From Anaerohalosphaeraceae bacterium (GTDB lineage: Bacteria; Planctomycetota; Phycisphaerae; Sedimentisphaerales; Anaerohalosphaeraceae): a DNA stretch of 64,000 nucleotides. The notes below the pieces were generated by a model that worked only from the letters and a program-made list of their open reading frames with translations, had not been told where the DNA came from and did not search any database. The DNA lies in contig JBNRMN010000063.1 in the NCBI GenBank assembly GCA_050309605.1, positions 46,758 to 110,757 of the forward strand, read 5' to 3'. A program made the translations under genes and the position numbers. Positions 31,260 through 41,268 of this stretch are shown here, piece by piece (the first letter of the stretch is position 1; each line of letters starts with the position of its first letter).

Positions 31260-32723
31260 TTAATCCTGACTCGCTTGGCCGTCCGTAATCACCCGGTGCA
31301 ACATCTGAACGGCCTGATCGTCGGGCATTTTCTCAAGGGCCTGACCGATTGCTTCGACGGCGCGTTGCGGTTTACCGTCTTGATGCAGCACAAAAGCCAT
31401 CATAAACGCCAGCTCACCGGATTCGCTGCGCTGCTGCCACTGGGTCATCTCAACCAGCCGGTTCTCAAACACATCCCGGTCGCCGATCAGTTCCGCCAGA
31501 TCGACTTTTTCCGACGCGACCATTGGATTCCGAACAATGGCTCTGCGCAAATGATATGAACTGCTGACGTATTCTCCCGCCGCAAACAGGGCAAACGCCT
31601 GCCCGGCATAGGGGCGCGCATCTCGAGGCGTCCAGACCGCCGCCAGCGCAAACGCATCAGCGGCTTTGTAGAATTTACCTTCTTTCAGGAACCGCTCAGC
31701 GGCGGTCAGATATTGCGCCGCACGTGCAGCGGCAAGTCGTTCGAAGGTCTTGTACTGACTGAGCAGTGCCGCCGCTTCGGCCTGCTGTTCTTCGGTCAGG
31801 ATCGGCTCGTCCTGCTCGCTGTCGATTGCTGCACCGGGCTGTTGTCCGCCGGCGACAGGCGGCTGCTGGGCCTCTTGCGCTTGCGAATCGGACAGTTCGG
31901 GCCGCTCGCGGAGCAGTTCCGCAATGCGTTCGGAACCTTCCTGCCGCAGTTGTTCTTCCAGTTCTTCAATAAATTCATCCCGAACGCGCTCTTCCGGTTT
32001 TAAGTCCGCCTCCGGCTGCTCGGTCTCTGTCTGCTCGCGGGCAAGCTGCTGCCTGTCCTTCAGTTCTTCCGGCAGCAAATAGTCTTTGAAGAACAATGAC
32101 TCGGTTAAGCGTTCCTCGCGGGCCATGACCTGCTCTGTCGATTGAAGCTGACGCGACGGGTCTGTTTCCTCCCGCACCTGCATTTGCCGTGAGAGGACCC
32201 GCTCCAGTTCGGCGCCGCTGAGCGACAGCGGACGCGGGCGAAACTGTGTCCCGACCGTCTGGGCCAGCATCGGCGGCGTATAAGGGTCCGCCTGCCCCTG
32301 GCTGGTGATCATCGGCGAGAACAATCCCGCACCGCCCGGCTGAGTGGTCGAGGCAACGGTACGCCGGGGGTCATAATACGAGCGGAATTGACCCGGCGAA
32401 CGATCCGACGCGATAGGGTCGTAGGAACGCCGCAAAAAACTATCGACCGGACTGTTGGCCGACGAGCCGTAGTAATAGCCGGAGCTGTAAGGAACGGTTC
32501 CCCGGAAATGTGCCATGCCTCCCACATGTCCGGTAACGATATTGTCTCTGCCCGCCGTGTCAAACGGACGGCTTGGCACCAGGCCGCTGCGCCCGGCGCT
32601 GGGCACGGCTGTCGGCGAGCCGGCCGGCGAGCTGATCGACGAACGGACATTGGGGTTTTCTACCGCCCAAAGCGGCGCGGCCGATACCGCCAGAACAACA
32701 ACTAAAATAATGGCATTCTTCAT
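31260..32723 (-). CDS. exported protein with C-terminal TPR-like repeats
   Basis: Signal peptide; low-complexity S/P/G and Q/E regions; C-terminal GKFYKAADAF...ALFAAGEY. Confidence 0.75.
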   Translation of the reverse strand: MKNAIILVVVLAVSAAPLWAVENPNVRSSISSPAGSPTAVPSAGRSGLVPSRPFDTAGRDNIVTGHVGGMAHFRGTVPYSSGYYYGSSANSPVDSFLRRSYDPIASDRSPGQFRSYYDPRRTVASTTQPGGAGLFSPMITSQGQADPYTPPMLAQTVGTQFRPRPLSLSGAELERVLSRQMQVREETDPSRQLQSTEQVMAREERLTESLFFKDYLLPEELKDRQQLAREQTETEQPEADLKPEERVRDEFIEELEEQLRQEGSERIAELLRERPELSDSQAQEAQQPPVAGGQQPGAAIDSEQDEPILTEEQQAEAAALLSQYKTFERLAAARAAQYLTAAERFLKEGKFYKAADAFALAAVWTPRDARPYAGQAFALFAAGEYVSSSYHLRRAIVRNPMVASEKVDLAELIGDRDVFENRLVEMTQWQQRSESGELAFMMAFVLHQDGKPQRAVEAIGQALEKMPDDQAVQMLHRVITDGQASQD

Positions 32724-33613
32724 ATTGTACCTCCCTGTTCATTGAGCAATTGCGTTTTTGATTGGCGATCCGCATATCGCGGTTTTTGTGCCCAGCTCAA
32801 TTTGGACGCCAGCGTGTCCCATTGCGTTCGCAGGGGATTGTTGACCACCAGAAATTGGCCGGCGTGTTTGCGGATCGCGATCACATCATTTTTCAACAGC
32901 CGCTGCTGTACCTGGCCGTCCAAAAGCAGCGTAGTGTTTTCGTTGACGCGCAGCGGTTCAATCCGAAGCTGCTGATCGGCGTTGAGTACGATAGGACGAA
33001 AACTCAGCGAATGCGGACAAATCGGCGTCAGCACAATGGCCGACAGGTTGGCCGACAAAATCGGACCGCCTGCCGAGAGATTATACGCTGTCGAGCCGGT
33101 CGGCGTGGAGACAATCACGCCGTCGCCGATGCAGACCGCCAGTTTCTGGTTTTGGACGGTCAGCTTCAATTCGAGCATATTAAACGGCGCCCCGGCAGTG
33201 AGCACCACATCATTGACGGCGGTATAGGAGAAAATATCTCGTCCCTGCCGGATAATATCACAATGCAGAATCATTCGCTTTTCAATGAGCGTTTGACCTG
33301 TAATAATACGGTCAAATTGCTCGGTCAGTTCTTCAATACTAAATTCAGCCAGAAAGCCGAGTTTGCCGACATTGACCCCAATGACCGGCACGCTGGTCCG
33401 GCACAATTCACGGGCGGCCCGAAGAATCGTGCCGTCGCCCCCAAAGACGACCGCAAAATCCGCCTGCCGCAGTTCATTCACCTCGCAGCCGGTTTCCAGA
33501 CAATTGGCAACGATTTCAGCACGCCCGGCGGCAAACGTCAGAAACCGATCCATCGCTTCCCGTGCGTGAGGACGACTTAAATCACCAAAAACAATCAACT
33601 TAGGTTTTTTCAT
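32720..33613 (-). CDS. nadK: NAD kinase
   Basis: GGDGTIL, GKLGFL, ND, DGVIVSTPTGSTAYNLSAGGP. Confidence 0.95.
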   Translation of the reverse strand: MKKPKLIVFGDLSRPHAREAMDRFLTFAAGRAEIVANCLETGCEVNELRQADFAVVFGGDGTILRAARELCRTSVPVIGVNVGKLGFLAEFSIEELTEQFDRIITGQTLIEKRMILHCDIIRQGRDIFSYTAVNDVVLTAGAPFNMLELKLTVQNQKLAVCIGDGVIVSTPTGSTAYNLSAGGPILSANLSAIVLTPICPHSLSFRPIVLNADQQLRIEPLRVNENTTLLLDGQVQQRLLKNDVIAIRKHAGQFLVVNNPLRTQWDTLASKLSWAQKPRYADRQSKTQLLNEQGGTI

Positions 33614-33630
33614 ATGCGCCCGATGACATC

Positions 33631-33675
33631 CTTCTATCTTCTATCTTCTGTCTTCTGTCTTCTGACTTCTGACTT
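33631..33675. repeat. heptamer tandem repeat (CTTCTAT/CTTCTGT/CTTCTGA, 6 units)
   Basis: Read directly between dxs and nadK. Confidence 0.9.
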
Positions 33676-35590
33676 AACTATCGACCTTTTCGGGCTGATA
33701 TTTGAGGCATTTTACGGTTTCGACAATTTGATCGGCGGTATTTTTCATCCAGAAAAGCTGTTTACTGCGTTTGGCCGCGGGCAAATACACATCGCCGGCG
33801 CCCAGCAGAACCGTTCGTCCGATGCTGTCAAAAAACCGCTCGTCTTTATCTTCGCGGGCTGTTTCGGTTGCCTTTTCAAGCAGGGCCGAGCCGAAGCCTG
33901 CGGCAATGCAGTGATCTTCGATGGTGATGACGGTTTTTCCCATCCGGAACCACTCCATCAAGGCCGCATCCAGCGGCTTGGCGAATCGGGCATTCACGAC
34001 GGTCACCGACAGTCCGTCCTGTTCCAACTGTTCGGCGGCCTGAAGGGCTTGTCCGACTGGCCAGCCCAGCGCGACCAGGACAAAATCCGAATCCCCCTCG
34101 CGCAGCACCGCACTTGTACCGATTTGATAGGGAATCTGCGAGCTAAACGACTCGGCCGGTACGGCGTCTTTGGGATAACGGATGACAAACGGCGAATCGG
34201 AACGGGCCGCCAATTCCAGCGACCGGTGCAATTCCCACTCGTCGGCCGGGGCCGCAATGACTACATTGGGCCAGACGCGCAGATAGCCGATATCCCACAG
34301 TCCGTGATGGGTCGGCCCGTCGTTGCCGACCGCTCCGGCCCGGTCGATGCAGAACACCACCGGCAGATTCTGCAGCGAGGCCTCCTGGAAGATCTGATCG
34401 ATACTCCGCTGCAAAAAGGTCGAATAAATGCACACAAAAGGTTTAAGTCCCTGTTTGGCCATCCCCGCGGCCATATCCACCGCTACGCTTTCGGCAATCC
34501 CTACGTCATAATACCGATTCTTGAAGCGCCGGCGAAATTTGATCAGCCCCGTGCCGTCCGGCATTGCGGCGGTAATTGCAATGATCTTGTCGTCGCGTCC
34601 GGCCAGCTCGGCCAGGCCGTCGCCGAAGGCCTCGGTAAAGGTCCGTTCGCCGCCAATCGGGGTTTCGCTTTCGCCGTTCAGTTCAAATGGGCCGGTGCTG
34701 TGATATTTGCACGGATTGTCGTCGGCGGGGGTAAAGCCTTTGCCTTTTTTGGTGTAAACATGCAGCAGGGCCGGCCGATCCAGCTCGGACAGCGCCTTGA
34801 ACAAATCGATCAGCGAGGCGATATCGTGCCCGTCCACCGGGCCGAAGTAGGCAATGTTCAGACTTTCGAACAGGCGGCTCGGTGAAATCGCCATTCGCAG
34901 TGTCTTTTTGACATTCTCCAGCGTCTCTTCCATCCGCCTGCCGATCAACGGCAAATGCTCCAGCATCCGGTTGGTGGTCTTGCGAATGTCTTCATAAGTA
35001 TGGCTTAGGCGCACCCGTGACAGAAAACCGGCCATCGCTCCCTGGGTCACATCAATCGCCATGGAGTTGTCGTTCAACACAATCAGCAGTTGCCGCTTGA
35101 CCAGACTGATGTTGTTCAGTGCTTCAAACGACAGGCCGTTGACGATGCTGGCGTCGCCGACCAGCGCGACGATTTTTTCATCCGTGCCGTTGTGCTCGGC
35201 GCCCAGTGCCATTCCCAGCGCCGTGGCGATGGACGTGCCCGCATGGCCGACGGTAAACACATCGCAATCGCTCTCAACGGGACTGGGAAAACCGCTCAGG
35301 CCGTCTTCCTGACGCAGCCGTTCAAACATCTCCCGCCGACCGGTCAGGATTTTGTGAGCGTAGCACTGATGCCCCACATCCCACAACAGACGATCCCGAT
35401 GGAAATCGAACGCGCGGTGCATTGCAATCGTCAATTCCACCACTCCCAGGTTACTGGCCAGATGTCCGCCGGTGCGGCTGACCGAATGCGTGATGACCTG
35501 ACGTATTTCCTCGGCCAGTTGTGTCAACTGATCGACCGTCAGCGACTGCAAATCATCCGGCCCGTTTATTGTATCAAGTAATGTTGTCAT
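33674..35590 (-). CDS. dxs: 1-deoxy-D-xylulose-5-phosphate synthase
   Basis: GGHLASNLG, WDVGHQCY, GHAGTSI, GPVDGH, YSTFLQR, DGPTHHG, IRYP. Confidence 0.97.
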   Translation of the reverse strand: MTTLLDTINGPDDLQSLTVDQLTQLAEEIRQVITHSVSRTGGHLASNLGVVELTIAMHRAFDFHRDRLLWDVGHQCYAHKILTGRREMFERLRQEDGLSGFPSPVESDCDVFTVGHAGTSIATALGMALGAEHNGTDEKIVALVGDASIVNGLSFEALNNISLVKRQLLIVLNDNSMAIDVTQGAMAGFLSRVRLSHTYEDIRKTTNRMLEHLPLIGRRMEETLENVKKTLRMAISPSRLFESLNIAYFGPVDGHDIASLIDLFKALSELDRPALLHVYTKKGKGFTPADDNPCKYHSTGPFELNGESETPIGGERTFTEAFGDGLAELAGRDDKIIAITAAMPDGTGLIKFRRRFKNRYYDVGIAESVAVDMAAGMAKQGLKPFVCIYSTFLQRSIDQIFQEASLQNLPVVFCIDRAGAVGNDGPTHHGLWDIGYLRVWPNVVIAAPADEWELHRSLELAARSDSPFVIRYPKDAVPAESFSSQIPYQIGTSAVLREGDSDFVLVALGWPVGQALQAAEQLEQDGLSVTVVNARFAKPLDAALMEWFRMGKTVITIEDHCIAAGFGSALLEKATETAREDKDERFFDSIGRTVLLGAGDVYLPAAKRSKQLFWMKNTADQIVETVKCLKYQPEKVDS

Positions 35591-35630
35591 ATCGTTCAAT
35601 TCTGCTCAAAATCGTTTATCATTTATCATT

Positions 35631-36545
35631 TCATTGCAGCGGCAGCGTCCAGCGCTGTGCCGTACCAACCGCTTTTATGTCTATCGCCGAGGACGTCAAA
35701 TCAACCGTGTACCACACCGCCGCCTGATCGGCATGTTCAACCACCGCCTCCAGCGATATATATTCAATACCGTTTTGCCGCAGCCGGCCGCCGCGATGGG
35801 TGTGGCCGCAAACATACGCCTTGACACACGGATGGCGTTCCAGCAGTGCGACCACCGCTTCAGCATTCCAGAGCGTGTGCTTTTCGCCGAACGGAACCAG
35901 CGGCAGATGCCCGAACACCACCGCCGGCATCGTCTTGGCGTCCGCGTCTGTCAAGACCTCATCCAGCCAGGCTAACTGCGCGTCGCCTGCCGCGCCGTTA
36001 TACGGCTGGGCATTGTCCGCGCCCTGACGGCGCAGCGACTCAAGCATCGCCGAGGCCGTTTGGTACGGCTTGCTGTCTTGTCCCCAGCCGCCCTGGACCG
36101 CAACATCCTGTGTATCCAGCACCACAAACCGCCATCCGTTTCGGTCAAACGCATAATACGCACGCTCCATCGCCAGGATTGCCAGCGTCTGTTCGCGCCT
36201 CAGCCCGTCAAAGTCATGGTTGCCGAGCACATGATACCGCGGCATTCGCAGCCGATGATAAATCGCCGCCGCTGCGGTTAATTCGTCGTGCGCCTGGTCG
36301 CCGCCGTCGATCAAATCGCCCAGTTGCATCACAAACGCCGGTCCGGGCTGCTGCGCGTTCAGGGTTGCGACACATTCGGCAAGCCGATCTTTTGCCTGGG
36401 CATAATACCGTCCGTCGGCGGTCGGCTTTTGGGCATATTGCACATCCGCCAGCAAAGCAAACGTCATCGTTCGATCATCCTGCTCCATACATCCGCCCAT
36501 TATGCATACCGCTGAGACCAACCCCAATGCAATAGAATTTTTCAT
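35631..36545 (-). CDS. calcineurin-like metallophosphoesterase, probable lipoprotein
   Basis: DVQY, LGDLIDG, GNHD, GHTH; lipobox-like MGGC. Confidence 0.85.
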   Translation of the reverse strand: MKNSIALGLVSAVCIMGGCMEQDDRTMTFALLADVQYAQKPTADGRYYAQAKDRLAECVATLNAQQPGPAFVMQLGDLIDGGDQAHDELTAAAAIYHRLRMPRYHVLGNHDFDGLRREQTLAILAMERAYYAFDRNGWRFVVLDTQDVAVQGGWGQDSKPYQTASAMLESLRRQGADNAQPYNGAAGDAQLAWLDEVLTDADAKTMPAVVFGHLPLVPFGEKHTLWNAEAVVALLERHPCVKAYVCGHTHRGGRLRQNGIEYISLEAVVEHADQAAVWYTVDLTSSAIDIKAVGTAQRWTLPLQ

Positions 36546-36557
36546 TCGTCTTATCGG

Positions 36558-37475
36558 TTAATTTTTTCGATTCAGCATTTCCATCGCAAGCTGCCGCAGG
36601 ATATCGGCGCGCGGGCCGAAATGCCCAACGGCCTCTATCGCCTCGTTGGTTACCCGACGCAGCAGCACGCGCGATTCATCCGCCCCGACCAGGGACGGAT
36701 ACGTCAGTTTGCCCTGGGCGGCGTCCTTGCCGGCGGTTTTGCCGAGTTGTTCACTACTGGCGGACACATCAAGCAAATCATCGGCAATCTGAAACCCCAG
36801 CCCGATTTTCAGACCGTATTCCAGCAGGGCCGTCAAGTCCCGCTCGGAGGCATTGCCCGCAATCGCCCCCAATCCCGCAGCCGCAGAAAACATCTTGGCG
36901 GTCTTGTGGATATGGATATACCGCAATCGGTCCATCGTTCCGGCGGCGTTTTCGCTTTCCAAATCCGCCATTTGCCCGGCGATCATCCCGCTCGGCCCGG
37001 CCGCCTCAGCCAGTGTGCGAATCATCCGCACCGCGACCTGAGCATCGTCAATATGGCGCGCCGGCAGCTCAAAGGCCAGCGTCAACAGCCCGTCGCCGGC
37101 CAGAATCGCTGTCGCCTCGTCAAACTGTTTATGACAACTGGGCCGGCCGCGACGCATATCATCATCGTCCATCGCCGGCAGATCGTCGTGAATCAGCGAA
37201 TACGTATGCACCATTTCAATCGCCGCCGCGGCGATACGGGCTGCATCGGTAATCCGGCCGGACGTCAATTCACTGCACCACAGCACCAGTGCTGCGCGAA
37301 TCCGCTTGCCGCCGCCCTGGAGCATATAACGCATCGCTTTTAGCAGCCGCAGCGGAATCCCCGTCTGGGCGTCCAGTATCCGTCCCAGTTCCTGACCGGC
37401 AAGATCCGCTTTACGGGCCAGTTCCGCCCGAAATGCCTCGCGGGTCTTGTCGTTACTTGTCGTTTCTGTCAGCAC
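36558..37475 (-). CDS. ispA: farnesyl diphosphate synthase
   Basis: GGKRIR, SLIHDDLPAMDDDDMRRG, FQIADDLLD, GKTAGKD. Confidence 0.93.
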   Translation of the reverse strand: MLTETTSNDKTREAFRAELARKADLAGQELGRILDAQTGIPLRLLKAMRYMLQGGGKRIRAALVLWCSELTSGRITDAARIAAAAIEMVHTYSLIHDDLPAMDDDDMRRGRPSCHKQFDEATAILAGDGLLTLAFELPARHIDDAQVAVRMIRTLAEAAGPSGMIAGQMADLESENAAGTMDRLRYIHIHKTAKMFSAAAGLGAIAGNASERDLTALLEYGLKIGLGFQIADDLLDVSASSEQLGKTAGKDAAQGKLTYPSLVGADESRVLLRRVTNEAIEAVGHFGPRADILRQLAMEMLNRKN

Positions 37476-37573
37476 AATAAATTCCTGTATGATTCTGAAC
37501 GAAAAACACTATCATTATAGACGTTCTTGTCGAGTTCGAACAGAAAAAACCGCTGCGGCGGACAAACAAGGGT

Positions 37574-38533
37574 ATGGGTATGATATGGCTGTTGCTGAGT
37601 GTGGGTTTGGCGCTGCTGTATATCGGGGCGGAAATGCTGGTCAAGGGGGCTGTGGTCATCGCCCAGCGACTGGGCGTCGGGCCGCTGGTCATCGGGCTGA
37701 CGATTGTCGCTTTCGGCACCAGTGCCCCGGAATTGACCGTCAGTCTCCAGGCGGCCCTGGACGGGTCGGGTCATATCGCCGCGGCCAACGTGGTCGGTTC
37801 GAATATCTTCAATCTGGCCGTGATTTTAGGCTTATCCGCTCTGATTTGCCCAATTCATATAACCGCCCGGATCATTCGTGTGGATATGCCGATTATGATC
37901 GCTGCTTCGCTGGTCGGCGTCGCGGTCCTGCACGATCAGGCCCTGAGCCGTCTCGAAGGTCTGTTGTTAAGTTCCGGCATCGTCGCCTATACGGTGTTCT
38001 CGTTTTATCTGGCCCGACGCTGCCCGGACGACAGCCTGTCCGATCAGGTCGAACACATGCTTGGCAAGCCCTCCTTGCGTTCGAGTCGTGCCGGATGGGT
38101 CAGCATCGGGGCGGTTCTTGTGGGGCTTATGCTGCTGGTGCTCGGCTCAAAATTCCTGGTCGAAGGGGCGGTGCGGCTGGCCCGACTGATCGGCTTGTCT
38201 GAAACACTCATCGGCCTGACCCTTGTCAGCGCGGGTACAAGCCTGCCGGAACTGGCCACCTCGGTGGTCGCGGCCGCCCGTAAACAGCCGGATATCGCCG
38301 TGGGCAATATCGTCGGCTCAAATATCTTTAATCTACTGGCCATACTGGGCTTATCTTCCGCTATCGTGCCTTTTTCCGTCGCGGGACTGACCGGCATTGA
38401 TGCCGCGGTGATGCTGGGAGCCGCCGTACTGATTTTGCCGCTGATGTGGAGCCGTTTTACCCTCTCGCGAATCGAAGGCGTAATCCTTCTGGCGGTCTAT
38501 ATCGTCTATATCGCCTACCGATGGTCTGTTTGA
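37574..38533 (+). CDS. Ca2+/Na+ antiporter (YrbG family)
   Basis: Duplicated GTSAPE/GTSLPE and NVVGSNIFN/GNIVGSNIFN alpha repeats. Confidence 0.92.
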   Translation: MGMIWLLLSVGLALLYIGAEMLVKGAVVIAQRLGVGPLVIGLTIVAFGTSAPELTVSLQAALDGSGHIAAANVVGSNIFNLAVILGLSALICPIHITARIIRVDMPIMIAASLVGVAVLHDQALSRLEGLLLSSGIVAYTVFSFYLARRCPDDSLSDQVEHMLGKPSLRSSRAGWVSIGAVLVGLMLLVLGSKFLVEGAVRLARLIGLSETLIGLTLVSAGTSLPELATSVVAAARKQPDIAVGNIVGSNIFNLLAILGLSSAIVPFSVAGLTGIDAAVMLGAAVLILPLMWSRFTLSRIEGVILLAVYIVYIAYRWSV

Positions 38534-38678
38534 AAGATCAACAATCAAAGATGAAAGAGCAAAATTGAGGATTCGTCCTTTCGGGCGAGCCATTTTATGG
38601 ACTCTGTTAGAACACTGTAACATTTTTTATTTACTGTATTTATGTTAAAATAGATCCGGTTTTGTGATCAGTTTGAGT
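38518..38678. mobile_element. MITE-like element, copy 2 (left end eroded)
   Basis: AAAGAGCAAAATTGAGGATTCGTCCTTTCGGGCGAGCCATTT core and right end CCGGTTTT..TCAGTTTGAGT match copy 1. Confidence 0.7.
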
Positions 38679-39927
38679 TGGCAGCAGCCTGTTGCGGCTC
38701 ATTGGGGTCTTGAAGAAAGGCGTCGATCAACACCCCGACCGCCTCGTCGGAGGCCTTAAAGCCCGCCTGGCCCCCCTGATTCACACAAACCAGCACGGCC
38801 AAATCACGTTTCGGTGCAATCCACACGTTGGCATAATTCATCGTATTGCTGCCCGTATGGTTCAGTACGGTTCCGCCGCCCCAATCGCGATTGACCGCCA
38901 GCCAGCCCAGTGCAAAATCATCGCCGAAAGGGGGGGATTGAATCCGTTGATAGGTCTGAGGGGTAAGCAAAGCCGGTCGGCCCAACGCTCCTTTGAGCTG
39001 GTCGATGACAAAGGCCGCCCAGTCCGCCATAGTACAGTGCACGCGCCCGGCCGGCCCAAGGATAGGGGGGTTGTCCGCAGCCGGCCCGTTCAAGGCGACC
39101 GGCCGGCCGTTCTCGTCATGACCCCACGGCTGATCAAGCTGTCCGGGTGTACCTGTACCGCCGAAACCGGCTGAGGTCATACCCAAAGGCTCAAAAAGCA
39201 GCGAAACCATTTGTTCTTCCCATGGCCTGCCGGTGACTTTTTCGACCGCCGCTCCGGCCAGAACGTAACCCACATTCGAATAATGGGCTGTCGAGCCGGG
39301 AGGATGTCGTGGGGGGTCGCAAACCGCTTTTTGCACAACGGCAAACCGCTGTTCCCAAAGCGTGTTCATTTGAGATAACTGATGCCAGTCATAATTCGCC
39401 TCCAGTCCGGCCCGATGCGAAAGCAATTGAAGTATCGTAACCGCCTTCATTTCCGGTCGCATCCGGCAGGACAGTTCCGCAAAAAGCTCTTCCAGCGTGG
39501 AATCCCAGCGGAGTTTTTCGCATTCAACCAACCGCCCGATCAAAGCAGCGGTCATGGCCTTGGTTTCGGAGCCAAGATGCCATAGGTCGTTGACGGTGAC
39601 GCTCACAGCCGTGCTCCGTTTTCGAACGCCGACAGCGCCAACGGCGATGATGCCTTCACTGTTGACCACGGCGGCGCAAATCGCCGGAACCTCATATTTT
39701 CGGCGAATCGGCTCCAGCAGGTTCACCACGGTCGCGTTGTCGTTGGCCGAATCATCGGTTGTCCTGTCTGAATTCGACGGGACTGCGTCGTGCGGGGATG
39801 AAGCACAGGGCAATGCAATAAGCCAAACCGTTCCGGTAACAAGAACCAACGTCGCCGCAGCACCGGCGACAAAACCGGATATCGGTGATTGGTATCCCTT
39901 TGGGTTTTTCTCAAACGGTCTGACCAT
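38668..39927 (-). CDS. serine hydrolase, beta-lactamase class C-like
   Basis: SETK (SxxK), LLSHRAGL, YSN, LFEPLGM, HTGS. Confidence 0.88.
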   Translation of the reverse strand: MVRPFEKNPKGYQSPISGFVAGAAATLVLVTGTVWLIALPCASSPHDAVPSNSDRTTDDSANDNATVVNLLEPIRRKYEVPAICAAVVNSEGIIAVGAVGVRKRSTAVSVTVNDLWHLGSETKAMTAALIGRLVECEKLRWDSTLEELFAELSCRMRPEMKAVTILQLLSHRAGLEANYDWHQLSQMNTLWEQRFAVVQKAVCDPPRHPPGSTAHYSNVGYVLAGAAVEKVTGRPWEEQMVSLLFEPLGMTSAGFGGTGTPGQLDQPWGHDENGRPVALNGPAADNPPILGPAGRVHCTMADWAAFVIDQLKGALGRPALLTPQTYQRIQSPPFGDDFALGWLAVNRDWGGGTVLNHTGSNTMNYANVWIAPKRDLAVLVCVNQGGQAGFKASDEAVGVLIDAFLQDPNEPQQAAANSN

Positions 39928-39970
39928 ACGATAATTGTACAGCGATTTGACGGCTGTTGAAAGAGGCGTA

Positions 39971-41110
39971 TTATCGCAATTTCAGTGTCGCCAGAGCGAT
40001 GACGGCAAAGGCGATCGACAGCAGCCAGAAGCGGACGACCACCTGCGGCTCGGACCAGCCGGCCAGGTGGAAGTGATGGTGTATCGGGGCGCAGCGAAAG
40101 ATGCGTTTGCCGCCGGAGTATTTAAAGTAGCCCACTTGCAGGACGACGCTGAACAGCTCCATCATAAACACGCCGCCGATAACAAACAGCAGCAGCTCGT
40201 TTCGCGTAACAATCGCCCCGTATCCCATTGCTGCACCCAGCGGCAGCGAGCCGACATCGCCCATAAACACCTGCGCCGGATGACAGTTGTACCACAAAAA
40301 CCCGAAAATCGCCCCGCTCAGCGCAGCAAAAAACACGCACAGCTCACCTGATTCGGGGATATGCGGCAGCAGCAGATAACTGGCCCAGGTCATTTGGTGC
40401 GCCTTGGACATATATTCAGAGGCAATGTAACACAGAACCACCAGCACAATCGACATAATGCCCACGCAGCCGCTGGCCAGTCCGTCCATTCCATCGGTCA
40501 GATTCACCGCGTTGCTGGTGGCGGTGATATACAGCACTGTAACGATCGCGAACATCCACATCGCCAGCGGGATGCCGTGCTTGTAAAACGGCAGCCAGAA
40601 CATCTTGGCGTCATCGATATTCTGAAAATCGCCGTACAGAAAATACGCAATCAGCACCGACCCGCCGAATTGCCAGGCGAGTTTTTCCCACGGCTTGAGC
40701 CCGTCGCGGCTGCGCTGTCGGATCTTGCCGGTCAGCTTGAGCCAGTCATCGACCGCGCCGACGCCGCCGAACCACAGGACTAAAAAGATCGCCTTGTGGA
40801 TAAACGGATTGCTCAGTCTGGCCCACAGCAGCGTTCCGACCAAAATCGCGGTCAGGATGATGATCCCGCCCATCGTCGGCGTATTGGCGCGCTGACGCAT
40901 CAGCTCGTTGAGGGCGGCGTGGTGAAATTCGGGCCGGTCGCCGATCTTCATTCGCATCAGCCAGCGAATCACACGCGGCGCCATCAGCAGCGCCACCAAC
41001 AGACTGGTCAGCGCCGCGAGCACCGCGCGAAACAGCACGTCCTCATAAGCGTAAAACCCCATCCGGTGGGTGAAACTGTCCCGCAGCCAATAAAGCAGAT
41101 GATAAATCAC
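39971..41110 (-). CDS. mraY: phospho-N-acetylmuramoyl-pentapeptide transferase
   Basis: TPTMGG, DD, NAVNLTDGMDGL, FMGDVGS, APIHHHF. Confidence 0.96.
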   Translation of the reverse strand: MIYHLLYWLRDSFTHRMGFYAYEDVLFRAVLAALTSLLVALLMAPRVIRWLMRMKIGDRPEFHHAALNELMRQRANTPTMGGIIILTAILVGTLLWARLSNPFIHKAIFLVLWFGGVGAVDDWLKLTGKIRQRSRDGLKPWEKLAWQFGGSVLIAYFLYGDFQNIDDAKMFWLPFYKHGIPLAMWMFAIVTVLYITATSNAVNLTDGMDGLASGCVGIMSIVLVVLCYIASEYMSKAHQMTWASYLLLPHIPESGELCVFFAALSGAIFGFLWYNCHPAQVFMGDVGSLPLGAAMGYGAIVTRNELLLFVIGGVFMMELFSVVLQVGYFKYSGGKRIFRCAPIHHHFHLAGWSEPQVVVRFWLLSIAFAVIALATLKLR

Positions 41111-41113
41111 GGA

Positions 41114-41151
41114 TAGTTCTTAGTTCGTAGTTTTTAGTTCGTAGTTCGTAG
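41114..41151. repeat. heptamer tandem repeat (TAGTTCG-like, 5 units)
   Basis: Read directly between murF and mraY. Confidence 0.85.
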
Positions 41152-41169
41152 GATGGGAATTGAACCGCA

Positions 41170-41253
41170 CAAGCCGAGCCGCGCAAGCGGCCGGGTGTCC
41201 AGCGCCCATCGCATTGCCATGTATCGGGCAGCTCGCGCTGCCGCGTTTTTGTT
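41170..41253. repeat. REP-like palindromic element, family B
   Basis: AAGCCGAGCCGCGCAAGCGGCCGGGT...ATCGGGCAGCTCGCGCTGCCGCGTTTTTGTT. Confidence 0.6.
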
Positions 41254-41268
41254 CTCGCAGGCCGGGTC

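Noticed and set aside
29682..34885. Long plus-strand ORFs of 625 and 423 aa
   Set aside because: Antisense shadows of the DinG helicase and dxs.
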